Counted from the first letter of the stretch, positions 8,257 through 16,486 are shown. The stretch: DNA of 32,000 nt from Candidatus Saccharimonadota bacterium (GCA_001029695.1 CP011211.1:540001-572000); one strand, 5' to 3'. The notes: generated by a model from the sequence alone, not told the origin. Program-made: numbers and translations.

Positions 8257-8264
8257 AGTATAAT
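8257..8264. promoter_or_regulatory. overlapping divergent -10 boxes for the mutY-like gene (-) and msrA (+)
   Basis: Plus strand reads TATAAT(8259-8264)-AGATAC-ATG(8271). Minus strand reads TATACT(8262-8257)-GGACGAT-ATG(8249). The intergenic region is 21 bp. Confidence 0.5.
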
Positions 8265-8270
8265 AGATAC

Positions 8271-8798
8271 ATGACAACATATACACTCGGAGGCGGATGT
8301 TTTTGGTGCTTAGATGCAGTATTTCGACGTATTAACGGTGTCGTTGAGGTAATGAGCGGGTACGCTGGCGGCGAAAGTAGTGATCCTACCTACTATCAAG
8401 TAGCGTCAGGAAAAACAGGCCATGCTGAGGTCGTCCAAGTGACCTTTGATGAATCAACTGTGTCATCACAAGCCGTTCTTGATGTTTTCTTTACCCTACA
8501 CGACCCAACAACACGTAATCGACAAGGAGCTGACGAAGGGTCGCAATATCGATCAATCCTGCTCTACGTCGACGAGCAGCAACATATAGCCTTTACGGAA
8601 GCTGTGAAACGTGCGCAAGCCATATGGGATGACCCTATCGTCACAGAACTCGCACAGCTCGATATGTTTTATCCAGCAGAGCCCGAACATCAAGACTATT
8701 TCAACAAAAACCCCGCGAACGGCTACTGTTCAATCGTCATCAATCCAAAGCTTATAAAAGTACGAAAAAAATTCACAGATCTGTTTCTTCCTGTCTAA
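8271..8798 (+). CDS. msrA: peptide-methionine (S)-S-oxide reductase
   Basis: GGGCFWCLDAVF active-site motif and HDPTTRNRQGADEGSQYRS. Confidence 0.92.
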   Translation: MTTYTLGGGCFWCLDAVFRRINGVVEVMSGYAGGESSDPTYYQVASGKTGHAEVVQVTFDESTVSSQAVLDVFFTLHDPTTRNRQGADEGSQYRSILLYVDEQQHIAFTEAVKRAQAIWDDPIVTELAQLDMFYPAEPEHQDYFNKNPANGYCSIVINPKLIKVRKKFTDLFLPV

Positions 8799-8807
8799 AT
8801 TTTCACA
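8792..8807. promoter_or_regulatory. weak CRP/FNR-type box TGTCT-AAATTT-TCACA
   Basis: 9 of 10 core positions match TGTGA-N6-TCACA. It overlaps the msrA stop, 78 nt upstream of the GlsB-family gene. No good -10 lies at class II distance. Confidence 0.25.
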
Positions 8808-8884
8808 CCCTATACGTAACAAAAGTTACAGCATAACCGCAAAAATACGCCTATCATAGACATACAACTAATAAGGAGGTAGCT

Positions 8885-9160
8885 ATGATTATCGATGTTG
8901 TACTCTGGATACTATTTGGAGCACTTGCGGGCTGGATCGCATCACTCATTATGCGTGTTGATGCACAGCAAGGGATGATAGGAAATATCGTCACCGGAAT
9001 TTTGGGGGCATTTATTGGCGGAGTAATCGTACGGTCGTTTACCGGTATCGACGCCGAGGGATTCAACCTGACTAGTCTTGTCGTCGCCGTGCTTGGTGCT
9101 GTAGTACTACTAGCGGTCGTCAGAGCAATCCGCGGCAGCACTACCCCTCACCACACTTAA
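8885..9160 (+). CDS. GlsB/YeaQ/YmgE family stress-response membrane protein
   Basis: ILFGALAGWIASLIM and GMIGNIVTGILGAFIGG motifs. AAGGAGG lies 5 nt upstream of the ATG. Confidence 0.85.
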   Translation: MIIDVVLWILFGALAGWIASLIMRVDAQQGMIGNIVTGILGAFIGGVIVRSFTGIDAEGFNLTSLVVAVLGAVVLLAVVRAIRGSTTPHHT

Positions 9161-9182
9161 GCAAAAGAGGTATACTAGATCT

Positions 9183-9839
9183 ATGAAACTTACAAAATAT
9201 GAACATGCTTGTTTTACTATCGAACATGACGGTAAGATACTCATCGTAGATCCAGGCGCCTATACATCAAACCTCAACACTCCAGAGAATGTCTCTGGAG
9301 TAGTTGTGACTCATGAACATGCAGATCACTTTGATTCGTCTGCTCTCGGTGCAATCATCGCTCATAATCCCGATGCAGTTATCATTGGACCACCTTCTGT
9401 CACGAAACAAATTGAAGGCGCACTGCCAACTCAAACTGTGCATGGCGGAGATACCGTCCATCTCGAGTCATTTCAACTTCGATTTTTCGGCGACACACAT
9501 GCAACGATTCATGAATCCATACCAATTATCGCAAACGTCGGGGTACTTATAAACGATACTGTATTTTATCCGGGAGACAACTTCACGACACCAGGAGTCG
9601 AAGTTGATACACTCGCCCTTCCCGTTGCAGCACCTTGGCTCAAGATCAGCGAAGTAATTGACTATATTGAAACAATTCAACCGCGTTTTATCTTCCCTAC
9701 TCATGACGCTATTCTCTCCGATAAAGGTAAGGCGCTAGTCGACCAGATATTGTCTCCTTTTGCAGAAAAAAGTGATGCTCATTACCAGCGAATTGATGGA
9801 AAAAATATCTCCGTAGATCGTACCGATCAAAACATATAA
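9183..9839 (+). CDS. MBL-fold metallo-hydrolase
   Basis: VVTHEHADHFD metal-binding motif. TATACT lies 6 nt upstream of the ATG. Confidence 0.85.
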   Translation: MKLTKYEHACFTIEHDGKILIVDPGAYTSNLNTPENVSGVVVTHEHADHFDSSALGAIIAHNPDAVIIGPPSVTKQIEGALPTQTVHGGDTVHLESFQLRFFGDTHATIHESIPIIANVGVLINDTVFYPGDNFTTPGVEVDTLALPVAAPWLKISEVIDYIETIQPRFIFPTHDAILSDKGKALVDQILSPFAEKSDAHYQRIDGKNISVDRTDQNI

Positions 9840-9876
9840 CTAATACTAAAAAATAATGAATCGAGAAGATGATAAG

Positions 9877-9916
9877 GAGACACCTTTGTTTACGACTATG
9901 TAAACAAAGGTGTCTC
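9877..9916. terminator. perfect 16-bp hairpin between convergent genes
   Basis: GAGACACCTTTGTTTA (9877-9892), 8-nt loop, TAAACAAAGGTGTCTC (9901-9916). There is no clear T-tract on either side. Confidence 0.5.
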
Positions 9917-9920
9917 GCGC

Positions 9921-10364
9921 TTATTCTGAGAAATACACAACACGGGCCTCCTTTAATGAAATCGGCTCTTTACTTCCTCTTAGCGTGCGGTAGACGACAA
10001 AAGGATGAATGTCATCCAAGTGCCTCACAACACGAGTGAGAAGCACGAGTTTCATCGCATCTGCCGAATAGCCCACGGCGATGTTGAACTCCGGCGGTAC
10101 AACAAATCCATCGTCAAACAATATGACGGCACGATAGATCGTGAAGCAATACCTGCGCTCACCCACATATCGCACTAGGACTTGTGGTTCGGTGTCTTTA
10201 TCGGCCACTATCAGTTGCGACAGTCGATACACCCGCCCATCTTCACTGCTAGTAAATTCGAGGCTAGGCCCATACGTGTCATCAACGTCAATCAGATGCT
10301 CGTCGAGATCATCATCATGAAAAATGACTGTACGTCCGAGTGAGGAGGAAACTTCAGTGTTCAT
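9921..10364 (-). CDS. hypothetical protein (acidic N-terminus)
   Basis: ORF with GAAGGTG 6 nt upstream of ATG 10364 (alternative GTG at 10373). It has its own promoter and is flanked by hairpins. No motif recognised. Confidence 0.6.
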   Translation of the reverse strand: MNTEVSSSLGRTVIFHDDDLDEHLIDVDDTYGPSLEFTSSEDGRVYRLSQLIVADKDTEPQVLVRYVGERRYCFTIYRAVILFDDGFVVPPEFNIAVGYSADAMKLVLLTRVVRHLDDIHPFVVYRTLRGSKEPISLKEARVVYFSE

Positions 10365-10418
10365 GTTAATCACCTTCTCAATTCGTCCAGTCGCTGGATT
10401 GCAACTGGAATGAGACTA

Positions 10419-10446
10419 AGTATACTCTTAGCCTCCATACTGTCAA
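10419..10446 (-). promoter_or_regulatory. sigma70-type promoter TTGACA-N16-TATACT
   Basis: Minus strand reads TTGACA (10446-10441), a 16-nt spacer, then TATACT (10424-10419). It lies about 55 nt upstream of ATG 10364. Confidence 0.55.
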
Positions 10447-10478
10447 GAAAATACCCCACTTCTATTTAAGCGGGGTAT
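10447..10478 (-). terminator. Rho-independent terminator of the DUF948-YtxH operon
   Basis: Stem 10451-10461 / 10468-10478 (ATACCCC..GGGGTAT plus 3 inner pairs, 1 mismatch). On the minus strand it is followed by TTTTC. Confidence 0.6.
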
Positions 10479-10499
10479 TTCAATAGATTCGTTTAGAAA

Positions 10500-10877
10500 C
10501 TAGCGGAGGTGCTTCTCAGCATCTTTTTGAAGTGTCTGTGCTGTTCGTTTTGCATCTGCTGCAACACGACTTGCACGAACTTTTGCTTCGCCACCAAGCT
10601 CTGCCGCCTCTGCAGCGATCTTCTCAGCAGTAGCTTTTGCACTTAGGCCAAATTCAGCTGCTTCTTTACCTGCAACGTCAGCGCCTTTTTGAAGTGTTTT
10701 AGCACCTTCTTTTGCTGCTGCACGAACTTCATCAGCTTTTTGAGTAGCTGCTTTCTTAGCCTCTGTAGTCTTCTTTTTGATATCTTTACGTGTTTCTTCT
10801 CCACTCTTTGGTGCGAGTAGGATTCCTGCTACAAATCCACCGATAGCTGCAAGAAGTACTTTTGCTGTTTTAGACAT
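10500..10877 (-). CDS. YtxH domain-containing protein
   Basis: N-terminal GGFVAGILLAPKSGEETRKDIKKK followed by an Ala/Lys-rich helical repeat region. AAGGAG lies 9 nt upstream of the ATG. Confidence 0.85.
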   Translation of the reverse strand: MSKTAKVLLAAIGGFVAGILLAPKSGEETRKDIKKKTTEAKKAATQKADEVRAAAKEGAKTLQKGADVAGKEAAEFGLSAKATAEKIAAEAAELGGEAKVRASRVAADAKRTAQTLQKDAEKHLR

Positions 10878-10897
10878 ATTATCTATCTCCTTTTTAA

Positions 10898-11116
10898 TTA
10901 TTTACGAAAAGCTTTAGCAGCAGTAGCGAACACCTTTACAGGCGAAAGCCACTCAGTTGCTGCTGCAACGTGGTTTGTGACGTCGTTGATATTCTTTGCA
11001 ATATGGTTGATCCGCACAAGTACAACAGTAACCGCTGCAAGTAGTGCAATAATAACAACTGAAAGCAAGACAACTGCAATAGTTAACAAAGTAATGATTG
11101 TCTGCATATCATCCAT
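10898..11116 (-). CDS. DUF948-like small membrane protein
   Basis: Single N-terminal TM helix followed by a short helix. It sits immediately upstream of YtxH, as in ytxG-ytxH pairs. AAAGGA lies 7 nt upstream of the ATG. Confidence 0.7.
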   Translation of the reverse strand: MDDMQTIITLLTIAVVLLSVVIIALLAAVTVVLVRINHIAKNINDVTNHVAAATEWLSPVKVFATAAKAFRK

Positions 11117-11154
11117 CAGCGTATCCTTTCATGAGTTAACGTTAGTATCTTTCC

Positions 11155-11160
11155 ATTGTA
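11155..11160 (-). promoter_or_regulatory. -10 box TACAAT of the DUF948-YtxH operon
   Basis: Minus strand TACAAT lies 21 nt downstream of the CRP-type box. There is no recognisable -35. Confidence 0.45.
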
Positions 11161-11181
11161 GCGTGATTTTACTATTTTCGC

Positions 11182-11197
11182 TGTGATATTTTTCACA
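11182..11197. promoter_or_regulatory. perfect CRP/FNR-family box TGTGA-TATTTT-TCACA
   Basis: 10 of 10 core positions match TGTGA-N6-TCACA. It lies in a 181-bp divergent intergenic region. It is centred at -41.5 if TACAAT 11160-11155 occupies -12 to -7. Confidence 0.6.
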
Positions 11198-11282
11198 CAT
11201 TCACATCTTTTGTTGCAAATTGTTGTTTTTATAGCATCGATAGTTGTTATATTAACTACGCTATACATATCTATTCTGCAAA

Positions 11283-11291
11283 TGCTACACT
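11283..11291 (+). promoter_or_regulatory. extended -10 box TGCTACACT 6 nt upstream of ATG 11298 (leaderless-type)
   Basis: TGCTACACT-GTTATC-ATG with no SD motif. Confidence 0.4.
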
Positions 11292-11297
11292 GTTATC

Positions 11298-11795
11298 ATG
11301 GCAAACTGGAAAGGTCATCTAGCGGGAGGCGTACTTGCAGGTACAGTTGTTGCACTTGGGGCTAGTCATCTCCCTATCGAACAGCTTGCTGAAGCGACAC
11401 ATCTACTTAACGACTGGCAGCCTCTTGCGGCACTTTTTGTTATTGCGATGCTATTTGCACTATTTCCAGATGTCGACACGAACAGCAAGGCGCAAGACAT
11501 CTTCTTCGGCATTGCATTTGTGATCGATGTTCTCTTACTTATAGGCGGCAACATACAGGCAGCAGCATACCTCGGGTTCATCGCAATGCTTCCTATCATC
11601 AGCCACCACCGTGGCTGGACGCACAGCAAGCTTGCAATGGGTATCGTCCCACTTCCTATCCTTATCGTGCCCTATCTCTACGACGACTCAAATCTTGCAA
11701 TCGGTCTACTCTTTTATCTTGCAGCGGTCGCAGGATATTTTAGCCATCTGCTTTTCGATGGGCTGATCTGGAGAAAAATGAGAATTAAGAACTAG
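11298..11795 (+). CDS. membrane-bound metal-dependent hydrolase, YdjM/DUF457 family
   Basis: Polytopic membrane protein with the HHRGWTHS motif. Confidence 0.8.
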   Translation: MANWKGHLAGGVLAGTVVALGASHLPIEQLAEATHLLNDWQPLAALFVIAMLFALFPDVDTNSKAQDIFFGIAFVIDVLLLIGGNIQAAAYLGFIAMLPIISHHRGWTHSKLAMGIVPLPILIVPYLYDDSNLAIGLLFYLAAVAGYFSHLLFDGLIWRKMRIKN

Positions 11796-12054
11796 TTGAC
11801 AGAGAACGTAGCAACTCATCTGCTTCATTTTCCGAAAGAGCTGACACTGTGACAAGCAGGCCGATTAGACCACGGAGTATATCATCATCGGCCGTGCTCT
11901 CCCACTTTGCTAGCTCGCTACTCACTTGCTGCTGCACGCCAGATACTTGCCCCATCCAGCCAGCACCGCCGCCTACACCAAATAAATTCGAAGACTGCCC
12001 CTGACTGGCACTAAGGATTTTTGCAATTATTTCTTTTTTTGTCATGTCGCTCAT
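11785..12054 (-). CDS. hypothetical protein (89 aa)
   Basis: ORF with TGTCATAAT 7 nt upstream of the ATG. Its 3' end overlaps the convergent ydjM-like gene by 11 nt. No motif recognised. Confidence 0.5.
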   Translation of the reverse strand: MSDMTKKEIIAKILSASQGQSSNLFGVGGGAGWMGQVSGVQQQVSSELAKWESTADDDILRGLIGLLVTVSALSENEADELLRSLSTSS

Positions 12055-12061
12055 GTAGTTT

Positions 12062-12070
12062 ATTATGACA
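12062..12070 (-). promoter_or_regulatory. extended -10 box TGTCATAAT 7 nt upstream of ATG 12054 (leaderless-type)
   Basis: Minus strand reads TGTCATAAT-AAACTAC-ATG. Confidence 0.4.
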
Positions 12071-12105
12071 TAGTTCTTTCACTATACCACTCAAGTACTG
12101 ATGCA

Positions 12106-12498
12106 TTACTCTTTTTTAGAGGAACGCTGCCATGGCCAATGACCCTCGATTTCCATCTCTAGATTCGCACCGAGTACAAGCCGAATCGCAACAATAATCG
12201 CAAGTACAAGCACGCTATCAAGATTCAAATCACCCGCTACAGATCGAATAATATCTCCAGCAACTAAAAACTCCAAGCCAATAAGAATGCTTCGACTAAG
12301 ATTTTGACGGTAGGTTCGATAGACGTCATGCAAGCTATGTTGCTTAAAAGCAGTAATGAGTAGGAGTATCGTAGAGACAATAATACCCGCTACGATCACC
12401 ACCACTCCAGCTATATCGAGAAGCTGTCCGGCAGATTGTGCAAACGTTTCAAAGTTAAACATTACCGTTATCATCGCAAATATACGACATACTGTCAA
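12106..12498 (-). CDS. DUF1622-like membrane protein
   Basis: LIGLEFLVAGDIIRSV motif and 3-4 TM helices. The start is uncertain (TTG 12498 or ATG 12474). Confidence 0.7.
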   Translation of the reverse strand: MTVCRIFAMITVMFNFETFAQSAGQLLDIAGVVVIVAGIIVSTILLLITAFKQHSLHDVYRTYRQNLSRSILIGLEFLVAGDIIRSVAGDLNLDSVLVLAIIVAIRLVLGANLEMEIEGHWPWQRSSKKE

Positions 12499-12504
12499 TC
12501 GTAA

Positions 12505-12795
12505 CTAGTCTTCAGATGACTGTATACCGTCAAGACGTAGCGTCGTCGAATCGTCTCTATGAACCCCTGTCGTTCCAACATGCTTGTTACTAATTTCGGC
12601 GCCATGCTTAATCACATGAACAAGTGCCATCGCATGACCACGACCAAGTTGAAAATCTTCTGCAAGCCACGCAACAATAACACCAGCTTTGATCGAAGGA
12701 TCATCAAATCCTTTTTGTTTCGCTAAAGAGATAAACTCATTTGGAGTCTTGCCCGTTTTTAGTTCGATTGCATCGAGATAGGCTTGAAAAGACAT
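12505..12795 (-). CDS. DUF4287-like protein
   Basis: MSFQAYLDAIELKTGKTPNEFISLAKQKGF...GRGHAMALVHVIK pattern. Confidence 0.7.
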   Translation of the reverse strand: MSFQAYLDAIELKTGKTPNEFISLAKQKGFDDPSIKAGVIVAWLAEDFQLGRGHAMALVHVIKHGAEISNKHVGTTGVHRDDSTTLRLDGIQSSED

Positions 12796-12809
12796 ACCGC
12801 CCGTCTACC

Positions 12810-14585
12810 CTATACTTCTTCGATCTTGAGAGACAACTCTCTAAGCTGCGGCTGTTCGACAACACTTGGGGAATTCATCATCGTATCGACACCTGAACCA
12901 TTTTTCGGAAATGCAACCACTTCGCGAATGTTATCTTCGTTTGTTAGTACCATAAAAATACGGTCAACACCAAATGCACATCCAGCATGTGGTGGCGCAC
13001 CAAACTTAAATGCCGTCAACATAGCGCCAAATTTACCCTCGACATACGCACGATCATATCCGAGCACGCCAAATGCTTCGTACATCACTTCTGGGTTGTG
13101 GTTTCGAACTGCACCAGAACAAATCTCATAGCCATTCATCACCATGTCATATTGATCTGCTACAATCGCAAGCTTCTTCTCATCAGTATCAGCTGCAGCG
13201 AGAGCTTCCGCACCGCCTCGAGGCATACTAAACGGATTATGCCCAAAGTCCACTTTCTTTGCCGACTCATCCCACTCGTAGAATGGAAAATCAACTACCC
13301 AAGCAAGCGCGACCTTATTTGGATCTTTTAGACTAAAGTGCTCCGCAAATTCTGAGCGTAGACGCCCCAGTACTTTATTGACTACTTCTCGCTTGTCAGT
13401 ACCGAAAAATACTGTATCGCCATCACTCGCACCCATTCGCTGCCGAATGCTCACAAGCTCTTCTGCGGTAAGAAATTTAGCAATTGGCGATTTTGCTTCA
13501 CCGTTTTCATAACTAATATAGGCAAGCCCGCCAGCACCTTCTTGCTTAGCGATGTCAGTAAATTTATCAATCTGTGACCTGCTAAGACTCGCCGCTCCAG
13601 GAACACGAATGGCTTTTACGACACCTCCGCTTGCGAGCGTATTTTTAAATACGCCAAACTCAGTTGCTTGTAGTTCACTTGAAAGATCTACCAACTCTAG
13701 GTCAAAACGAAGATCAGGCTTATCTGAGCCAAAACGATCCATCGCTTCCTGATACGGAATACGCGGGATCTCATCGCTAACAAGCGTCTTACCTGCAAAC
13801 TCGGTCACCAACTGCTTGATGAGCGGCTCCATAGTCCGACGCACTTCTTCGCCATCCTCGACAAATGCCATTTCAGCATCAAGCTGATAGAAATCACCAT
13901 AAAGGCGGTCGGCGCGAGGATCTTCATCTCGAAAACAGGTTGCGATCTGATAGTAGCGTGACACGCCTCCAACCATCAGTAACTGCTTGAACTGCTGCGG
14001 TGCTTGTGGAAGTGCATAAAACTTACCTGGATGAACGCGAGAGGGTACGAGGAAGTCTCGTGCACCCTCTGGACTTGAGTTAGCAAGAATTGGCGTCGTA
14101 ATCTCAGTAAATTCTCGCTCATCCATATACTGGCGAAGTACTTTATAGTACTCAGAGCGCTTCTTGAGAGTACTCTGCATAGATGGCCGACGAAGGTCCA
14201 AGTAACGGTACTTAAGGCGTAATTCCTCGCCAGATTGCTGACCATCATCTCTCGTAGCGACAGGAAGTGGCTCTGATTTATTGAGAAGCTCAAGACCTGA
14301 AACAACAATCTCTATTCCACCAGTAGGAATATTCGGATTCTTTAGATGGTCGTCACGCTCGCGAAGAATACCTGTAACACGAAGTACAAATTCATCACGA
14401 ACTGACTCAGCTAACGAGAACGCTTCGGCAGATTCTGGACTCGCAACAAGCTGAATAACTCCAGTGTGGTCACGTATATCAATAAAGATCAATCCGCCAT
14501 GATCACGGCGACTATTCACCCAGCCACTAATCGTTACTGTTTCGCCTAATTTTTCTGCTAAATCTCGTACTAAAGTTCTCGTCAT
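12810..14585 (-). CDS. aspS: aspartate--tRNA ligase
   Basis: 591 aa. N-terminal OB fold GWVNSRRDHGGLIFIDIRDHTGVIQLV, class II motifs FRDEDPRADR and GAPPHAGCAFGVDR. Confidence 0.95.
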   Translation of the reverse strand: MTRTLVRDLAEKLGETVTISGWVNSRRDHGGLIFIDIRDHTGVIQLVASPESAEAFSLAESVRDEFVLRVTGILRERDDHLKNPNIPTGGIEIVVSGLELLNKSEPLPVATRDDGQQSGEELRLKYRYLDLRRPSMQSTLKKRSEYYKVLRQYMDEREFTEITTPILANSSPEGARDFLVPSRVHPGKFYALPQAPQQFKQLLMVGGVSRYYQIATCFRDEDPRADRLYGDFYQLDAEMAFVEDGEEVRRTMEPLIKQLVTEFAGKTLVSDEIPRIPYQEAMDRFGSDKPDLRFDLELVDLSSELQATEFGVFKNTLASGGVVKAIRVPGAASLSRSQIDKFTDIAKQEGAGGLAYISYENGEAKSPIAKFLTAEELVSIRQRMGASDGDTVFFGTDKREVVNKVLGRLRSEFAEHFSLKDPNKVALAWVVDFPFYEWDESAKKVDFGHNPFSMPRGGAEALAAADTDEKKLAIVADQYDMVMNGYEICSGAVRNHNPEVMYEAFGVLGYDRAYVEGKFGAMLTAFKFGAPPHAGCAFGVDRIFMVLTNEDNIREVVAFPKNGSGVDTMMNSPSVVEQPQLRELSLKIEEV

Positions 14586-14624
14586 ATACTTGCTATCATA
14601 CCACTTTACCTCTGATAGCGCTAG

Positions 14625-15605
14625 CTATACCAAGCGTGCAGCCACGGCAGTACGGTCATCGTCTGCAGTGAAGTCGTCTGTCTGTAAATCACCTATTGCA
14701 AGCGGCAGACATGTCTCGAGCGCAATCATCCCTACGATTGACTCATCCGTATCGATAACAAAGAGTAGCTGACTGCCCGTACGAGCAAATGTCTCGAGTG
14801 CGGAGAGTACTGATTGATCCTGCTGAATATAGAAGAGTGTGGACGACATAGCCTTTTCTGCAGTAAGTGATCGCTTTGACGTGGAAAGATCTGTCGTATC
14901 TCCAATATCAAGAACTCCTACAATTTGAGACTTCTGTGTAACCGGAAATAGTCGCTGTCCGGATTTATGAAGGTCATCAAGCACAAGCGGCCCTAGTAGC
15001 TCACTCGATTCAATTGTTGTCATTTGATCCCGTTTCGTCATATACTCAAAGACAGTCATCGACTCTAGTACGAGTCCAGCAAGCAGCCGCTCCTTCTCCC
15101 TTGACGTCAGTATATGGCCATCGGCCTGATCGATTAAGTGTCGAAGCTCATCTCGCGATCCGATAGTAAAATTCCGTGGACCTTCATGAGTAACGCTTCT
15201 TAAGATCGAAAACAATCTCGGATGACGCTTCATAAATTCGAGTAATTTCGCTTCATACTTTTCGTATACTCGCTGGCTGTTTCGACGAATAACCGGAAGT
15301 CTTGCAATAGCACCAAATTCTAGTGCTACGACAACCGACAGTAGCAATCCTATTGGCCATCCACAAGCGGCAATCGCACTCGCAACGATAATCACTATAA
15401 GTACTGCAACAAGAGCTCGCTGCACCGAAAGCAGATCACGCAGTAACACTTCTCGTTCTAGAATCGATTGACTGGCCGACTCGCCTTTTTTAGCGAGACG
15501 ACTGAGCTCAAACCTGCTTTGCTTTGTCCCATCAACAGAAATTGAGCTTATAAAAATGAGCTTCAAAAAAGCAATCATACAAATAACATAAAGCACTATC
15601 GTCAT
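14625..15605 (-). CDS. membrane protein with a CBS-pair domain (degenerate CNNM/DUF21-like)
   Basis: Three N-terminal TM helices followed by CBS-like repeats (MTVFEYMTKRDQMTTIES..., IVGVLDIGD, IVGMIALE). I preferred ATG 15605 (TGGTACAAT 9 nt upstream) over GTG 15635. Confidence 0.65.
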   Translation of the reverse strand: MTIVLYVICMIAFLKLIFISSISVDGTKQSRFELSRLAKKGESASQSILEREVLLRDLLSVQRALVAVLIVIIVASAIAACGWPIGLLLSVVVALEFGAIARLPVIRRNSQRVYEKYEAKLLEFMKRHPRLFSILRSVTHEGPRNFTIGSRDELRHLIDQADGHILTSREKERLLAGLVLESMTVFEYMTKRDQMTTIESSELLGPLVLDDLHKSGQRLFPVTQKSQIVGVLDIGDTTDLSTSKRSLTAEKAMSSTLFYIQQDQSVLSALETFARTGSQLLFVIDTDESIVGMIALETCLPLAIGDLQTDDFTADDDRTAVAARLV

Positions 15606-15681
15606 CGTATGACTATTGTACCACCTTGCCGTCACTACTGGTTTACACTACAATAAGTATAGTAAGTATAAGGAGTTATAG

Positions 15682-16434
15682 GTGAATACGAAAACATGGA
15701 TTATTTTTGGCGCTCTTGTCGTCGCAGTACTCGGAGGGTTAATTCTCTTCTCGAAGAAGGACCAAGTCGAAGTAGCAAACGTTGATAGTAATCAAATTCA
15801 GCCTGCTAGCGAAGCCTCGGGCAATATCGCTGACCAGGTATTTGGAAACAAAGAAAGTAAAGTCGTACTATTTGAATACGGCGACTTTCAGTGTCCTGGA
15901 TGCGCATCTGCCGCACCGGTTATTAAGACTCTAAGTGAAAAGTACAAAGACCAGCTAGCCTTTGTATTCCGCAACAACCCTCTTTCATCTATGCACCCAA
16001 ATGCAAAAGCAGCCGCATCTAGCGCTGAAGCCGCAGGACTCCAGGGAAAATACTGGGAGATGCATGACAAAATATATGCAATGCAAAACAGCTGGGGTAC
16101 GTTGAGCGCCGACAAACGAACAGACGCATTCGTTAACTATGCAATGGAAGTTGGCGTAAAAGATATCGAGAAGCTAAAATCTGACATGGGCTCAAAAGCA
16201 GTCGCCTCAAAGATCAGTTTTGATCTTGGACTTGGTAAAAAAGCAGGGGTTACCGGTACGCCAACGTTTATGCTTAATGGCAAAAAACTAGATCAATACG
16301 TCAAAGACGGTGCAATCGTCGCTTCAAATACAGATGGCGCAAAACCAATCTGGAGTGATCAAGATGCATTTGAGAAGCTCATTCTCCTCCCTGCCTTTAA
16401 AGAAGCAGGTGTAGAGATTCCAGCTCAACAATAG
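15682..16434 (+). CDS. DsbA-family thiol:disulfide oxidoreductase, membrane-anchored
   Basis: N-terminal TM helix, CPGC active site and GTPTFMLNG. GTG start with AAGGAG 6 nt upstream. Confidence 0.85.
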   Translation: MNTKTWIIFGALVVAVLGGLILFSKKDQVEVANVDSNQIQPASEASGNIADQVFGNKESKVVLFEYGDFQCPGCASAAPVIKTLSEKYKDQLAFVFRNNPLSSMHPNAKAAASSAEAAGLQGKYWEMHDKIYAMQNSWGTLSADKRTDAFVNYAMEVGVKDIEKLKSDMGSKAVASKISFDLGLGKKAGVTGTPTFMLNGKKLDQYVKDGAIVASNTDGAKPIWSDQDAFEKLILLPAFKEAGVEIPAQQ

Positions 16435-16450
16435 TTACCTAACGTAAAAC

Positions 16451-16486
16451 AAAACCACCCCGGTGCCTTGGGGTGGTTCTTTTTTT
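16451..16486. terminator. bidirectional Rho-independent terminator
   Basis: 9-bp stem AACCACCCC (16453-16461) / GGGGTGGTT (16470-16478), followed by C and T7 on the plus strand. The left flank is A-rich, giving TTTTGTTTT on the minus strand. Confidence 0.75.

Noticed and set aside
8854-9141. 95-aa minus-strand ORF opposite the GlsB-family gene
   Set aside because: The plus-strand frame has the family motifs and a strong SD. The minus-strand frame is a Thr/Ser/Pro-rich shadow.
11200-11297. LexA/Cheo box upstream of the ydjM-like gene (ydjM is SOS-regulated in E. coli)
   Set aside because: I found no GAAC-N4-GTTC or CTGT-N8-ACAG motif in the intergenic region.
12784-13331. Plus-strand ORFs of 115 and 114 aa inside aspS
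   Set aside because: They are antisense shadow ORFs within a well-supported 591-aa aspS. The products are low-complexity with no start signals.
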